Source: Leucoraja ocellata (lineage: Eukaryota). Taken from it: a DNA stretch of 64,000 nt. The notes below the pieces were generated by a model. The model made no database searches. It was not told the DNA's origin and saw only the letters and a program-made list of their open reading frames with translations. Shown one piece after another: positions 63,496 to 64,000 of the stretch. Numbering within the stretch: the first letter of the stretch is position 1; every line of letters begins with the position of its first letter. The stretch spans positions 9,424,001-9,488,000 of the forward strand of contig JAWMAR010000013.1 of NCBI GenBank assembly GCA_036785375.1, given 5' to 3'. A program made the translations under genes and the position numbers.

Positions 63496-64000
63496 CATTA
63501 GTTTCCACTGGCACAGCCACACCAATTCAGATCAATTGATCATTTATATCATTGCTATTAGTAGAAACTTGGTTTGTGCAAAGTAAGTGTGTGTTTGCTT
63601 TTATAACGTCAGTCAGTGCATTGTAAGGTTGAAAGAGTCTGAACTACTACAGAAATTTTTGAAATATTCTTCAGATCGGACAGCATATATGGAGGGAGAA
63701 ATAGGTGTAATATTCCAGCTTGATGACCTTTGATTCGAAATCATTTGATGACTGAAGGGAAGGAGTTCATGCCAAGGATTGGGCAGAGATCGATGGTGGT
63801 GGTGGATTGAGGCCTCCGTTGAGGATCTTGGTTGATCAGGAAGTAGATGAGAGTCTGGATCTTGGCCTTGGGAGTGCGTAGGATGTATGTGGTCAGATGT
63901 AATTATAACGATGGCACCTCCTGCAACTCTTTGTAGAAGCCGTCAGGGTACTAAGGCGTTTCATGCTTGGCCAAATTTCTTCCTTGACATGAGTGACCCA

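Noticed and set aside
1-64000. Apparent excess of minus-strand retroelements as evidence for a + strand host gene
   Set aside because: The excess is modest and many + strand copies exist, so it is not decisive.

Overview
This is non-coding vertebrate genomic DNA. The repeat inventory (HE1-type V-SINEs with CR1/HER1 tails, Rex1, L2, RTE, Penelope, Tc1, Helitron) points to a cartilaginous fish, probably a skate or ray; this is an inference from recalled family sequences, not a database search. No intact cellular protein-coding gene is recognisable, and every ORF with an identifiable product is a decayed transposon fragment: CR1 and L2 reverse transcriptase, Tc1 DD34E transposase, Penelope GIY-YIG endonuclease. 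Bases 1-27.5 kb are densely packed with nested elements. The remainder alternates repeats with AT-rich, repeat-poor tracts that look like the enhancer-rich intron or gene desert of a developmental gene. There is a 196-N gap at 32731-32926. The most notable signal is a dispersed family of about 100-160 bp Penelope terminal-repeat insertions. They carry a minimal hammerhead-ribozyme motif (CUGAAGA-A-stem II-GAAA-CG-UH), several have 11-15 bp target-site duplications, and one is a fold-back whose apex lies 3-4 nt from the predicted cleavage site. Other notable items are composite non-autonomous Helitrons, an unnamed CpG-rich Rex1-tailed retroposon, a local inverted duplication, a Harbinger MITE inside a SINE, and candidate microexon or recursive splice signals on the + strand. 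Boundaries of old repeats are approximate.
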